This document shows positions 1-11,193 of a stretch of 64,000 nt of DNA, in pieces. The position numbers and the translations under genes are program-made. Position 1 is the first letter of the stretch. Every line of letters begins with the position of its first letter. Source of the stretch: an uncultured Planctomycetaceae bacterium (GTDB lineage: Bacteria > Planctomycetota > Planctomycetia > Pirellulales > PALSA-1355); NCBI GenBank assembly GCA_963785305.1, contig CAWAUV010000008.1, forward strand, positions 1 through 64,000, given 5' to 3'. The notes beneath the pieces are model-generated. The model was given only the letters and a program-made list of their open reading frames with translations, was not told where the DNA came from and ran no database searches.

Positions 1-461
1 TCGGTTTCAAGGTCGAGCAGACCAAGCGACTTCGACGGGCAAGCGGCAAAAACGACGCGCCGCCATCGCGGCTGTAACCACTAAATCTTGCGTCGCAGCC
101 ATGGAGTCCAATCCACGGGAAACGGTCGACGCACAACGCACAAAACATGCACTTCGAGTAATCGATCGTAAACCCAGTCACACGAAAGCCTTTGCCGCCG
201 GCAACTCGCTCCTTCAGATATCAATGCAATCGACCGGACAGACCTTGGCGAATACATCGCAGGCAATACAGTTCGTGAGATCAAAGCGGTGAAAACCGCG
301 ATAGCGAGCCGCCACCGGAACCGGCAGTTCGGGGTATCCGAACTCTCGGTAAACGTTTTTCGATCTCGGCGATAGGTTGCGAGCCAAGTGCGCATCGTGA
401 CCCAGAGACCGTGGGCCACGGTGGAAACCGCATCGACGATGTTCTTCACCCAGTCGCGCAT
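1..461 (-). CDS. nuoI: NADH-quinone oxidoreductase subunit I (4Fe-4S), frameshifted, runs off window edge
   Basis: Segments across frames: MRDWVKNIVDAVSTVAHGLWVTMRTW, YPELPVPVAARYRGFHRFDLTNCIACDVFAKVCPVDCI, FTIDYSKCMFCALCV; NuoI-type RYRG-H plus ferredoxin-like Cys motifs. Confidence 0.8.
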
Positions 462-805
462 CGTCCCAGTGCTCCAAGATTAATCCGAGATATCCGGTCC
501 GCGCCGCAAAATCAAACCGCTCCGGGGAATTTCCCCGCCGCGGCATGGAAATGCCGCGAGGCGCCGGTTATCCACGTTTGCATTCGCTGGCTCGCGGATC
601 GTTCGTCCGTGGGAATTATAGGCGGGGCGTCCAATGTCGCAAGGCGAGCGAACGGTCCGCGTGGCGCCGGCGCTCGCGACTCCGTGGGTGGTTGTCGCGG
701 CTGGGGCGAATGGATTCCGTGGTTTTTTCGCGCGTCGAGCGAATTTATTTCAAGCGTCGGGCGATAGAAACACGATAACTTCCCCCGTCGAGACAATCGT
801 TAAGG

Positions 806-834
806 TTGACGCATTCGACAGATTCACCTAGAGT
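806..834 (+). promoter_or_regulatory. Putative sigma70 promoter for small basic protein
   Basis: TTGACG (806-811), 17-nt spacer, TAGAGT (829-834). Confidence 0.45.
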
Positions 835-970
835 TTCGCCCCCTGTGCGAATTTGCCGGCCATGATCGCCGGGCGCGCAGGCGGTGTAGTGACCCTCGCG
901 AAGACGCCCTCGAGGGATACGAACGGTTCGCGGTTGCGTATTGGGCGTCGAGTCAATCAGGAGCCATCGA

Positions 971-1091
971 ATGGCCACCAGCAAGAAGAGCGTGAAGAAG
1001 TCGACCAAGAAGGCTGCCCCGTCGCCGAAGACCAAGAAGTCGGCCACGCGGTCGCACAAGAAGGCTGCCGGCAAGAAGGCTGCCGAAGTAG
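971..1091 (+). CDS. Small Lys/Ala-rich basic protein (~40 aa, histone H1-like)
   Basis: AGGAG RBS 7 nt before ATG 971; MATSKKSVKKSTKKAAPSPKTKKSATRSHKKAAGKKAA; AAG TAG at 1086-1091 becomes in frame if one indel is corrected. Confidence 0.6.
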
Positions 1092-1225
1092 TCCAGCCGA
1101 CTTCGATCGTCTTTCCGATCCGACGAGAAAGGCCGATCCGCCGCCAGCTTCTGGGCGACGGATCGGCCTATCTCTTTCCATGGCCGCGTCGGCCGGCGAC
1201 GCTTTGTCGCAGGCGCCGGGCGCCA

Positions 1226-2421
1226 TCAGCCGCCCTGCTGATCGCGCTCGATCAGCACCGCGCTCGCCGCCGCCACCGCCGCGCCGAGTTTCACTTCGCG
1301 ACCCATCTCCACCAGCACGATTTCAAGCGCCGCCAGAGTCGAAAGAATATCGAGCTCGTCGATCTGGCCAAAATGGGCTATCCGAAAGATGTGGCCCTTG
1401 AGCCGCACTTGCCCGGCGGCCAATTTCAATCCGAACCGACTTTCCAGCCGACGAAGCATGGCGCCGCCATCGAAGCCCGTGGGCGAATCGATCTTGGTTG
1501 GCCGCGGAAACCGCCCGGCGGTCATGCCGAGCAGCCGGCCGCTCGGCGAAAGGCTCGAGCCCCAGCGCCGCGACACCGGCCCGGGTCGCGCAGGCCCAAG
1601 CGATCGCAACGTCGCCAAATCGCCTCGACGCCCTCGGCCCGGATCAATCGCAAGCATTCGGCCAGCGCCACGACGAGCGACACCGCCGGTGACCAGGGCG
1701 TGTCGGGACCTTCGCCAGGCTTGAATCCGCGGAGATTGGCCCGATAGTGTTTCAGATTGAAGTAAAAGGCCGAGGGCTCGTATTCGTCGAGCCGGCGCCA
1801 AGCGGCCTCGCTCACGCCGAGAAACGCGAGGCCGGGCGGCAACATCAGCGCTTTTTGCGAACCCACGACCAGCACATCAATGCCCCAGGCGTCGGTTTCG
1901 CATGCGACGCATCCGGCGCCGCTGATCGCATCGACGATGAATAACGCGCCGGTCGGCTTCACCACGCGGCCGATCGCCTCGATATCGTGGGCCACTCCGG
2001 TGCTGCTTTCCATGAGAGTCCCAAACACGGCCACGGCGTCGCGGTGTTCGTTAAGGATCGCCGCCACTTCAGCCGGTTCGATTGCCCGGCCCCAAGGAAC
2101 TTCGAGCCGGACCACCGCGATGCCAAAAGCTCGGGCAATGTGGGTCCAACGGGCGGCAAACGCGCCGCCTTCGAGCACAATCACTTTGCTCCCGCGCGGG
2201 GCAAAATTCACCACGGCGGCTTCCATCGCCCCGCTACCCGAACTACTAAGCAGGATCACATCGTTCGTGGTGCGAAACACCTCGGCGAGCCCGGCGAGAC
2301 ACTCCGCCAAAATCGCGCGGAATTCCGGCGTGCGATGATGGATCACCTCGCGGGCCATCGCCAAGCGAGCTTCTTCGGGCGCCTGCGTGGGGCCGGGCGT
2401 CATCAAACGTTTCTTGGGCAT
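1226..2421 (-). CDS. Class V PLP aminotransferase (serine-pyruvate/alanine-glyoxylate family), frameshift near 1500-1590
   Basis: LMTPGPT, DAISG, GSQKALMLPPGL (PLP lysine); C-terminus GLKLAAGQ..LKGHIFRIAHFG in another frame. Confidence 0.9.
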
Positions 2422-3339
2422 GGGAGCTGACGAGCCTCGCTAAAGTTCTTGACGATCGAACAGGCGCCGTCGGGCTCCGCCCGGAGCACCGCCGCCAGCC
2501 GGCCCCGGGCGTCGACCGCCGCGAATTCACCCGCGGCGGCGAATTCACCGCGAATTGGCGCTTGGCCAAGGCTCGCTTGTTCGAGGGTGATTGTTTGCCC
2601 GCGGGCGATTCGCGTGATCTCCGCTTCGCCGAGCGTCACATGCGGTAACTCGGCGACCGCGGCCAGCGGCGGGCAAAGATACTGGGTGAGATTGTCGGCG
2701 GTGAGCGCGTCGGGCGCCACGGCTTCTTGGAGCGTGAAGGCGCCGATCGCGGTTCGCTCGAGCGCCGCCATCACCGCTTGCGTGCCCAGCGATATAGCGA
2801 TGTCGCGCCCCAGCGAGCGGACATATGTGCCGCTGCCGCATTCGATCTCGAGCCGTAGCGCGGGATATTCGTAGTCGCGAATCGCGAGCGAATAGATCAC
2901 CACCGGCCGCGGCGCCAGTTCCACCGCGGCGCCGCTCCGGGCCAGATCATAGGCTCGGCGCCCTTCGATCTTTAGCGCAGGAATAGGCCGGCGGGCACTG
3001 CATGATCGTGCCGGTGAACCGGGGCAAGGCGGCGGCGATGTCGGCCAAGCTCGGAATGGGCGGGTCCACCAGTTCGACCACGGCGCCTTCGATGTCTTCG
3101 GTATCGCTCTCGCGTCCGAGCAGGAAGAGTCCGGTATAGCGCTTGCGCATCCGCTGGACATATTCGATCAGCCGCGTCGCCGAACCGACACACGTGACGA
3201 GCACGCCGCTCGCGAGCGGATCGAGCGTGCCGGCGTGGCCCACCTTGGCCGGGCGCACGAGTCGGGCCACGCGATCGATCGCCCGGCGCGAGGTCATGCC
3301 GGTCGGTTTGGCGAGATTGATGATTCCCAAGAGATTCAT
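2403..3339 (-). CDS. truB: tRNA pseudouridine(55) synthase, frameshift near 2980
   Basis: KPTGMTS, KVGHAGTLDPLASG, PPAYS/ALKIEGRRAY, CGSGTYVRSLGRDI. Confidence 0.93.
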
Positions 3340-3503
3340 CGGGCGATTTCAACCGATCGTTTTATTGATGGCAAATGGAGTGTCACGCAAATAAAGAACG
3401 GAAATTCCCAACCGAAATCGTGGAGAGAAACACAGTGGTCGATCTAAATCGACTGGGACGAACTACCGCTCCGCGTCTCCGCGTGATACCCCGCCCAAAA
3501 GGC

Positions 3504-5027
3504 TCAGTCGTCGACGCCGCGAATCGTGAAATCGTAGAGCGACGCGATTTCATTGGCCGACTTCTCGCGCAGTCCGGCAAACCGCGCTTCGAGCGCCGCC
3601 ACATCGTCGACCGCCAGCCCGGCGAGCAGGCCGAACTTCGCGTCGAGCAGCGAGTCGAGTTCATCGTTGGCCGCTCGGGCATGGCCGGTGGGGAACATCA
3701 CGAGGCCGCTCGACAGCGTGCCGTGGTCGGAGTGCTTGATCTCGAGCGTCGTGGGAATGCCGTTCGGATATTTCGCATCATATTCCGGACCGCCGTGGCG
3801 GAAGTCGATCCGCTCCATCAGCCGCCGGGTCAAGGGATGCGAGAGCGCCTCGTCGTCGTAATCGCTAGGCATGAGCATCAGTTCCCGCCAGCCGCTCGTC
3901 CGCCGCTCGTATGCTTTTCCGAGGAGCGTGGCGATGATATAGACCATCGAGTGGTCGGCGCTTTGCCGAGTGCGCGGATCGCGCTTCGCCGGATCGCCGA
4001 TAATGCCAAACGCCGGCTCATAGATCGTGATGGTCACGCTCTTGAGCCGCTCGGGATCGTCCAGAATGCCGGGTTCCCGGGCCAGCAGGTTCATGAGACC
4101 TTCGATCGCGCCGGCCGATTGATGTTCATAGAGTCCGAGCTTGAAGTGCATGCCCATCACGGCGAAGTCGTCGCCGGCCGTGGCCAAGGTCAAATCAAAG
4201 GGACTCTCGCCCCGCTTGGCCGGCTTTTCGAACAGGCAGAAGATCGCCTCGGGATTGCGAAAAATATCGGCCGGCCCCAAGAACCCACGCATCGACCGCA
4301 GCACCGACAGCACCGCCACTTCGGCGCTGATCGCGGCCGAGGCGCCTTTCGAGTCGGAAAGTTGCTTGCCGGCGCGAATCGCGCGGAAGGGAATATAGTG
4401 GGCCACGACCATGCCGATCGCCGATTCGATTTGCTCGGCCGTGGCGCCGAGCGCCGCGCCAAAAGTGGCCGCGGAGGCGATCGCGCCATGGACCACATGG
4501 TCGATCTTATGGCTCTTGAGCGAAAATACTTCGGCCAGCCGGCCGCGAATCTCATCGAGCAGCAGCATCGCCCGGACCGTGGCGCGACCATCGAGGCCGC
4601 GGATTTGGGCGGCGGCGATCGCCACGGGGTAGAAGTCGTTGTGGCCAAACTCCCCGGCCGTGGCGCCGCGCGCCGGGTTGTAGCCGAAGTTCGTGCCGTT
4701 GGAGTCCCACTCGCGCACCGCCGCGCAATTGGCCACCACCGCCTTTTCCGGCGCCACGCGCGCTCGCGAGCCAAACAGCGCCGCGCCGCGAGACGGATCG
4801 GCCGCCGGATAGTCAATCGCTTCGCCCCGCAGCACGCGCGGCGCATTGGTCGCGAGCGCCAGCGCCGACACCGCGCAAGCCACGCTATCGCGATGAAACC
4901 GATCGAGCCGCTCGTAAACGGAATCGGAAATGGCGTCGCGCGGATCGTTCAAAAACGCAATCGCATGGCGTCCCAAGGCCAGCGCTTGATTCTCGCTTCG
5001 AGCCAGGGTTTCATATTCTCGATTCAT
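3504..5027 (-). CDS. MmgE/PrpD family protein (2-methylcitrate dehydratase-like)
   Basis: 507 aa; AVREWDSNGT, EFGHNDFY, KIDHVVHGAIA, IRAGKQLSDSKG, TRQSADHSM. Confidence 0.85.
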   Translation of the reverse strand: MNREYETLARSENQALALGRHAIAFLNDPRDAISDSVYERLDRFHRDSVACAVSALALATNAPRVLRGEAIDYPAADPSRGAALFGSRARVAPEKAVVANCAAVREWDSNGTNFGYNPARGATAGEFGHNDFYPVAIAAAQIRGLDGRATVRAMLLLDEIRGRLAEVFSLKSHKIDHVVHGAIASAATFGAALGATAEQIESAIGMVVAHYIPFRAIRAGKQLSDSKGASAAISAEVAVLSVLRSMRGFLGPADIFRNPEAIFCLFEKPAKRGESPFDLTLATAGDDFAVMGMHFKLGLYEHQSAGAIEGLMNLLAREPGILDDPERLKSVTITIYEPAFGIIGDPAKRDPRTRQSADHSMVYIIATLLGKAYERRTSGWRELMLMPSDYDDEALSHPLTRRLMERIDFRHGGPEYDAKYPNGIPTTLEIKHSDHGTLSSGLVMFPTGHARAANDELDSLLDAKFGLLAGLAVDDVAALEARFAGLREKSANEIASLYDFTIRGVDD

Positions 5028-5280
5028 GCGCCGCTAAACCCTCCGCCCCCCGGGCCCGCCCCCGATTGGAAAAAAGGGCGAGCGCTCGGTTTGACTCCGA
5101 AAGAAAATAGTAGAACCGCGATTATCCGGGCTCACGCCGACTTCGACAAGCGGCCCTGCTGGCGGGCGGTTCGGCCGGCAGATACGATGCAAGCATGGCG
5201 TCGGACGACCGTCGGACCACGAATTTTCGCCGAACGCCGAAACGCGACTCGATTTCTGCCCGCATGGTAGGTTGCCTCTC

Positions 5281-7156
5281 ATGTCTCTGCGCCCGCAAGT
5301 CCTAGGTCCCTACACGATCGGCGATAAGCTTGGTCAGGGCGGCATGGGCTCCGTGTATGTCGGCGTCGATGGCGAATCCCAGGTGGCGGTCAAAGTGCTC
5401 TCTCCAGCGCTGGCGGCCGAGGAGGGTTTCCGCGCCGATTCGAAGCGGAAATCGAATCGCTTAAAAAGCTGCGCCACCCGAATATCGTGCGGCTTTATGC
5501 CTATGGCGAACAAGATGGTTTTCTCTACTACGCCATGGAGCTCGTCGAAGGCGCGAGCCTCGAACACGAGCTACGCCACGGTCGACGCTTCACCTGGCGC
5601 GAGGTGACGCGCTTGTCGATCGGAGTGTGCCGGGCGCTCGAGCATGCGCACGACAACGGCGTGATTCATCGCGACATCAAACCGGCGAACCTGCTGCTCG
5701 CGCCGAGCGGCGATCAGGTAAAGATCACCGACTTCGGCATTGCCCGCCTGTTTGGCGATCATCGGCTCACGAGCGAAGGCGGTGTGTTGGGCACCGCCGA
5801 ATACATGGCTCCGGAACAGGCCGATGGCCGCACGGTGACCGATCGCTGCGATCAGTACAGCCTGGGCGGGGTGATGTACGCGCTGCTCGCCGGTCGGCCA
5901 CCCTTTCGCGCGAACAGCCTGATGGAAATGCTGCAATTGCAGCGATTTGGCGACCCGCGGCCGGTGCGCGTGTTTGCTCCCGACACGCCGCTCGAGCTCG
6001 AGCGCATCATCCATCAACTGCTCTCGAAGGATCCGCAGAAGCGGTTTTCCAACGCGCTGCTCCTGTCTCGCGCGCTCGAGGCGATGGATTTCGCGCTCTC
6101 GCGAAATCTGGGCCGCGTCGATTTTGTCGTGCCGGGACACGAGTCGCCAAACCAACAGCTCACGCAGGCCGATCCGCTGGCGGCCACGCTCCTTCCCGAG
6201 GAGTCGGCCGAACGTCTCGCGGCGATGCCAAGTCACGGTCCGGCGACAGTGCTGGGCGACCCTCGACTCGAGGGCTCGCCGACCGAAGCCCCCACCGAGC
6301 TACCCCCGGGCGCGGCGGTCGCGGCCTGGCGTGCCGGGGAGTCGCTGAAATCGACCGACCCGGGATCGCCCGCGGCGGTCACTCGCTTTACAAAAGTCGA
6401 GCCCAGTGAAGAGGCGCCCGCGACGCCTTGGCAAGATTTTCTGGCCTCGCTCATTTCGCCGCAATCGCTCGCATTGCTCGGCTCCCTGGCGGGTGTGGGA
6501 GTGCTGGCGTTTTGGTTGATGCGACCGCCGACGGCCGATTCGCTCTTCGCCAAAATCGAACCACTCGCCCGCCAGGGGAGTCACGAGGATTGGCTCGAGG
6601 CCGATGGGCCGATCACGGAGTTTCTGGCACGTTATCCCGATGACCCAAGAGCGGCCGAGGTCACGGGTTTTCGCGAGCAACTCGAGCTCGATCAGCTCGA
6701 ACACCGACTCGATCGCGCGGCGCGCGGTTCGGGCGCGACGAGGGGCGTCTCGCCGCTCGAACGGGCGTATCTCACCGCGGCGCGGTTGCGCTCGCGCATC
6801 CGGTCGAAGCGCTAACGCAGTTCCAGGCGCTTGCCGATCTCGCGGAAGCCGTGGCCGATCCGTCGTTGGAAGAGCGCCGCTTGCTGGAGCTTGCCCGCCG
6901 CGAGCGAGACCGCCTTGAAGCGCGCATCGCGCGTTCCGACGCCGCGGATCTCGATTGGGCACGAGTCGAGCTCGCGCGAGCCGATCGCCTCGACGCGACG
7001 GATGCTTCGGGCGCCAATAAAATCCGCCGCGCGATCGTGACCCTGTTCGATCACCGACCGGCGCTGGCCGAGCTTGTCGCCGCCGCCCGGCAAAAGCTCG
7101 GCGACTCCGCCGGAGGCCCATCGAGTGTCCCGGGGCAAGCCGCTCGCTCCGATTAG
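5281..7156 (+). CDS. Membrane Ser/Thr protein kinase (Hanks type), frameshifts near 5435 and 6800
   Basis: LGQGGMGSVY, VAVKVL, IHRDIKPANLL, DFGIARL, GTAEYMAPEQ; TM segment LALLGSLAGVGVLAFWL. Confidence 0.9.
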
Positions 7157-7221
7157 CTTCGAGTTCCAATCGTGCTTTGTCAGGATCAACATCGTAAATT
7201 TTCGCCGGAGCATTGCTGTCC

Positions 7222-8313
7222 ATGTCGCAATCGCCGAATGAGCCCTGGCCGATCGAACCGCAGTCCGCGGCCTCGGGTGGAATGTTTCCCGCGGTGCGCA
7301 TGCGCCGCCTTCGGGCATCGGCGGCGATGCGGGCCCTGTCGCGCGAGGTAGTGCTCTCACCGAGCAATTTCGTCGCCCCGCTCTTTGTGCGCCACGGCCA
7401 CGGACTGCGCGAGCCGATCGCCTCGATGCCGGGACATTTTCAGATCAGTGTCGACCAGCTAGCGGCCGAAGCGCGCAAAGCGCGGTCGCTGGGCTTGGGC
7501 GGAGTGCTGCTTTTTGGCATTCCGGCCAGCAAAGACGCGATCGGCGGCGAAGCGTTGAGCGCGACCGGCATCGTGCCGCGGGCGGTGCGGGCAATCAAGG
7601 ACGCGGCGCCCGACTTGCTGACGATCACCGATGTATGTTGCTGCGAATACACCTCGCATGGCCATTGCGGCCCGCTCAAGGCGGTGGCATCCCAGACAAG
7701 CGATTTGACGAAAGGCGCTGGCCGATCTTCCGCCGCCGAGATTACGGTCGACAACGACGCGACGCTCGAACTGCTCGCGCGTCAGGCCGTGGCCCATGCC
7801 GAGGCCGGCGCCGATCTCGTGGCGCCGAGCGGCATGATGGATGGCATGGTCGCCGCGATCCGCCGGGGGCTCGATTCGGCCGGATACGCGGACACGCCGA
7901 TTTTGAGCTATGCCGCCAAATACGCGAGCGCTTTCTATGGTCCTTTTCGCGAGGCCGCCGAAAGCGCGCCGCACGAGGGCGATCGCCGCGGATATCAAAT
8001 GGACCCGGCGGCCGATCCGGCGCAGGCCATACGGGAAGTGGCCCTCGATCTGGCCGAAGGGGCCGACATGGTGATGGTCAAGCCGGCGCTCGCCTATCTC
8101 GACATCGTGCGTGCCGTGGCCGAGCGCTTTCCGGGCGTGCCGCTCGCGGCGTACAACGTTTCGGGCGAATATAGCATGATCAAAGCCGCCGCCGCCCAAG
8201 GCTGGCTCGACGAGCGGCAGGCGGCGCTCGAGTCGCTGGTGGCGCTTCGCCGCGCAGGCGCGAGGATCTTGATTACCTATTGGGCCAAACAGGCCGCCAC
8301 TTGGCTTCGATAA
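7222..8313 (+). CDS. hemB: Porphobilinogen synthase
   Basis: RMRRLR, DVCCCEYTSHGHCG, APSGMMDG, SYAAKYASAFYGPFREAA, MVKPALAYLD. Confidence 0.96.
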   Translation: MSQSPNEPWPIEPQSAASGGMFPAVRMRRLRASAAMRALSREVVLSPSNFVAPLFVRHGHGLREPIASMPGHFQISVDQLAAEARKARSLGLGGVLLFGIPASKDAIGGEALSATGIVPRAVRAIKDAAPDLLTITDVCCCEYTSHGHCGPLKAVASQTSDLTKGAGRSSAAEITVDNDATLELLARQAVAHAEAGADLVAPSGMMDGMVAAIRRGLDSAGYADTPILSYAAKYASAFYGPFREAAESAPHEGDRRGYQMDPAADPAQAIREVALDLAEGADMVMVKPALAYLDIVRAVAERFPGVPLAAYNVSGEYSMIKAAAAQGWLDERQAALESLVALRRAGARILITYWAKQAATWLR

Positions 8314-8464
8314 CAGGCGACCGCCGGATTGCGAAAGTGAATGCGCCCTCCAGGACTTACCTAAAGTTCGCATTGGCTCCGGTTTATCGTTAATGCGCGA
8401 ACGAGTTTTCGCGCTTCCCGCGCGGCGAATCGAAAGTTTTGAGCCACGCGACGTATAGATTCCG

Positions 8465-8492
8465 TTGACTGCCTTTCGATGGCCGATAGAAT
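8465..8492 (+). promoter_or_regulatory. Putative sigma70 promoter upstream of ispE-spoVG
   Basis: TTGACT, 16-nt spacer, TAGAAT. Confidence 0.4.
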
Positions 8493-8723
8493 CCACTACC
8501 GCAAGCGGTAGCAGCGCCAGCGCCGCGCCCCCCGCCGGCGCTCTTTCGCCTGCAACGACGACCGGATTGATCCGCATCGTTCTCCGGCGCATTAGCGTCT
8601 GGAGCTGGCGCCTCGCTCTCTCCCGCCAAGGATCGCGTTGGCTTCTTTTTGACGGCCGGCCCTCGAGCGACGCAGTGCGCGGCGCGGGGGAGAACGAATT
8701 GGGAAACACGCAGGTATCCCGGA

Positions 8724-9710
8724 ATGGATGTTCTTCGTTCGGCCATCACCGCGTCGGCGCCCGCGAAATTGAACCTCTATTTCGAGGCCCTCGCCAAGCG
8801 CGCCGATGGGTTCCATGAAATCGAAACTCTGATGGCGACGATCGATGTGCGCGATGCGCTCTGCTTCCGCCCGACGACCGATGGCCATATTTCGCTCGCC
8901 TGTCATTGGCATTTGAGCGTCGCGCGCGGTTCGTCGGTCGCGCGCGACGCGATGCCCGACGAGCGGGAGAACCTTGTGTATCGCGCGGCCGGCGCTTCGC
9001 GATGAAGCAGTTCGCGATGCCCGATCGCCGGACGAATCGCGGGCCCGCGCGGCGCCGGCGCCCGGATCGAGCTTGTGAAACGCATTCCCATGGCGGCCGG
9101 TCTGGCGGGAGGTTCGAGCGACGCCGCGGCGCTCTTGCTGGCCGCGAACCGCGCTTGGAACTTGAACTGGCCGGTCGAGCGTCTCGCGGAGCTGGCCAGC
9201 CGATTGGGAAGTGATATTCCGTTTTTTCTGGCCGGAGTCGATCGTTGTCGAAGCGTTTCGGCGGGCGAGATTCGCGGCTCGCGTCACTTGGCGGCGATTG
9301 CCCGGGGTAGGGGCGAAAAAATCGAGCCGCTCGCCGCATTGCCTACCGCTTGGGTCGTGATCGTGAAACCCAGGGCGGGTCTGTCCACGGCCGAGGTTTA
9401 TCGGAATTGTCGCCCGGCGCCCGGCGCCCGCTCCGATCGGGCCCGCCAATTGCACAGTGCTCTGGCCCAAGGTAATCGCCGGCAGGTTCGCTTGCTGATG
9501 GCCAATCGCCTCGAAGAAGCGGCCGAGCGGCTCAGCGAGTGGCCGGCTCGGCTGCGGTCCGAATTTGCTCGCCGCGATGTGGAACTCCGGCAGATGAGCG
9601 GCAGCGGCTCCAGCTATTTCGGCATCGCGCGCGATGCGCGGCATGCGCGGCGCGTCGGACGACAATTGGCGGCCGCGAGATTGGGCGAGGTATTCGTGAC
9701 GCGAATGTAG
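8724..9710 (+). CDS. ispE: 4-diphosphocytidyl-2-C-methyl-D-erythritol kinase, frameshifted near 8990-9070
   Basis: APAKLNL...RADGFHEIETLM, NLVYRAA, KRIPMAAGLAGGSSDAA, LGSDIPFF, MSGSGS. Confidence 0.92.
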
Positions 9711-9799
9711 TCTGAAACCGGAGTATGCGGGGGAGCAGACAGACGTAGGAAGCGTATTTTGGCGCCTTGGAAATAGCCTCACGACAGGAGACAGCACCC

Positions 9800-10572
9800 A
9801 TGCAAATCACCGAAGTGCGTGTCAAGCTCATGGAAGATGCGAGCGAACGGCTACAAGCCTTTTGCTCGATCACGTTCGACGACGCGTTTGTCGTTCGCGA
9901 TCTGAAGATCATCGAAGGCGCCAATGGCCCGTTTGTCGCCATGCCCAGCCGCAAGCTCACGGCCCATTGCCCGAGCTGCGGATGCAAGAATCATTTGCGT
10001 TCGGGTTATTGCAATCAATGCGGCGGCCGGTTGAACGCCGATCGCGGCCTGCGCGACGAAGACGGTCGCACGAAGCTCTATGCCGATATCGCCCACCCGA
10101 TCAATTCGACCTGCCGCGAAATGATTCAGGAACGGGTCATCGCCGAGTTCCGCGCCGAGCAGGAGCGGGCGAAACTGCCGGGTTATGTTTCGCGATATGA
10201 AGATCTCGATCTCGATGATGGGTCGATCCGATCTCATTCCGCGCATTCCTCGGAGCCGCCGGCGCCGCATCATCGGCCGAGCGCCCCGGCGAGCGGCTCG
10301 CGCGGCGGATCGGCGCCCGCGGTGCGCCCGAGCAGCGTGTCGCAGTCGCAGCCAGCCGAGCATTTGCCGCGAGCGCCCCATCGCCCCGCGGGAGCTCCAG
10401 CCCCGCGCGCGCGGAATCGAGCGGCGCGTCGAGCGTGCCCAGTCCCGGGGCCGCGCCTTCCAGGGGCGCGTCGCGACCAAACGGCGAATCGCCTCCGCCA
10501 TCGCGGGGCGCCGCGGGCCCCGGGCCACAAGCGAGCCGCAAACCGGGCAGTTTTGGCGACGGGATATTTTAG
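9800..10572 (+). CDS. spoVG: SpoVG family regulator with inserted zinc ribbon and low-complexity tail
   Basis: [63 protein letters not shown] insert; probable true end GSFGDGIF* at 10572 after an indel (ORF track runs to 10726). Confidence 0.85.
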
Positions 10573-10622
10573 AGCCTATCCAACAACTCCCCCTCTCCCG
10601 TCGGGAGATGGCAGGGTGAGGG
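10571..10622 (-). repeat. CCCTCACC/CTCTCCC..GGGAGAG REP-like element
   Basis: Reverse complement CCCTCACCCTGCCATCTCCCGACGGGAGAGGGGGAGTTGTTGGATAGGCTCT closely matches 33525-33576. Confidence 0.7.
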
Positions 10623-10669
10623 TAGCACAAGAGTTGGCAGAGGGCGGGGGAAGGCTCTTAATCGCCCCG

Positions 10670-11170
10670 CTATGTGACGGCGTGGCGCGAGTCGACTTCC
10701 GGCGGCCTGAGGCCAAATCGCGCTAGATTTCGCAGTTCGGCGGCGCGCATCGCCCGGCGCGCCGCGGGCTCTTGATCGTCGTAGCCCACCAGGTGAAGCG
10801 CCCCATGCACGACGTAGAGCAGCAGTTCGTCTTGGGCTGGCCAGCCAAGCCGCGCGGCGACCCGACCGGCGGTGTCCAGGCTCGCCACGATTTCGCCCTC
10901 AAGCATTGCCGCCGGATCGTCGGACAGTGGAAACGTGATGACATCCGTCGGAAAGTCATGTGCTAGAAACTCGCGATTCAGCCGATGGATCGTCGGATCG
11001 TCGACCAGGGCCACGCTGATGCGGGCGGCCCGCGGATCGGCTTCCGTCAGGGCTTGCGAAACCGCGTCTTCGAGCCGCGCAAGCTCGACTTTCGAAGGCC
11101 GATGGGGATGATCCTCGTCGACGTCGACTGTAATCACGATTTCGTGGTCGCGGCGGGTCGAGCGCGGCAT
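10670..11170 (-). CDS. ybeY: rRNA maturation endoribonuclease YbeY
   Basis: [34 protein letters not shown]. Confidence 0.92.
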   Translation of the reverse strand: MPRSTRRDHEIVITVDVDEDHPHRPSKVELARLEDAVSQALTEADPRAARISVALVDDPTIHRLNREFLAHDFPTDVITFPLSDDPAAMLEGEIVASLDTAGRVAARLGWPAQDELLLYVVHGALHLVGYDDQEPAARRAMRAAELRNLARFGLRPPEVDSRHAVT

Positions 11171-11193
11171 GGCGAGAGCGGCCTCTTGGTTGC

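Noticed and set aside
941..1747. 268-aa plus-strand ORF as one protein
   Set aside because: After ~1090 it is antisense to the aminotransferase; only the Lys-rich start looks coding.
3375..5270. Long shadow ORFs (also 23646-25328, 31847-33286, 50737-52953, 61333-63060)
   Set aside because: Antisense to well-supported genes; expected in high-GC DNA.
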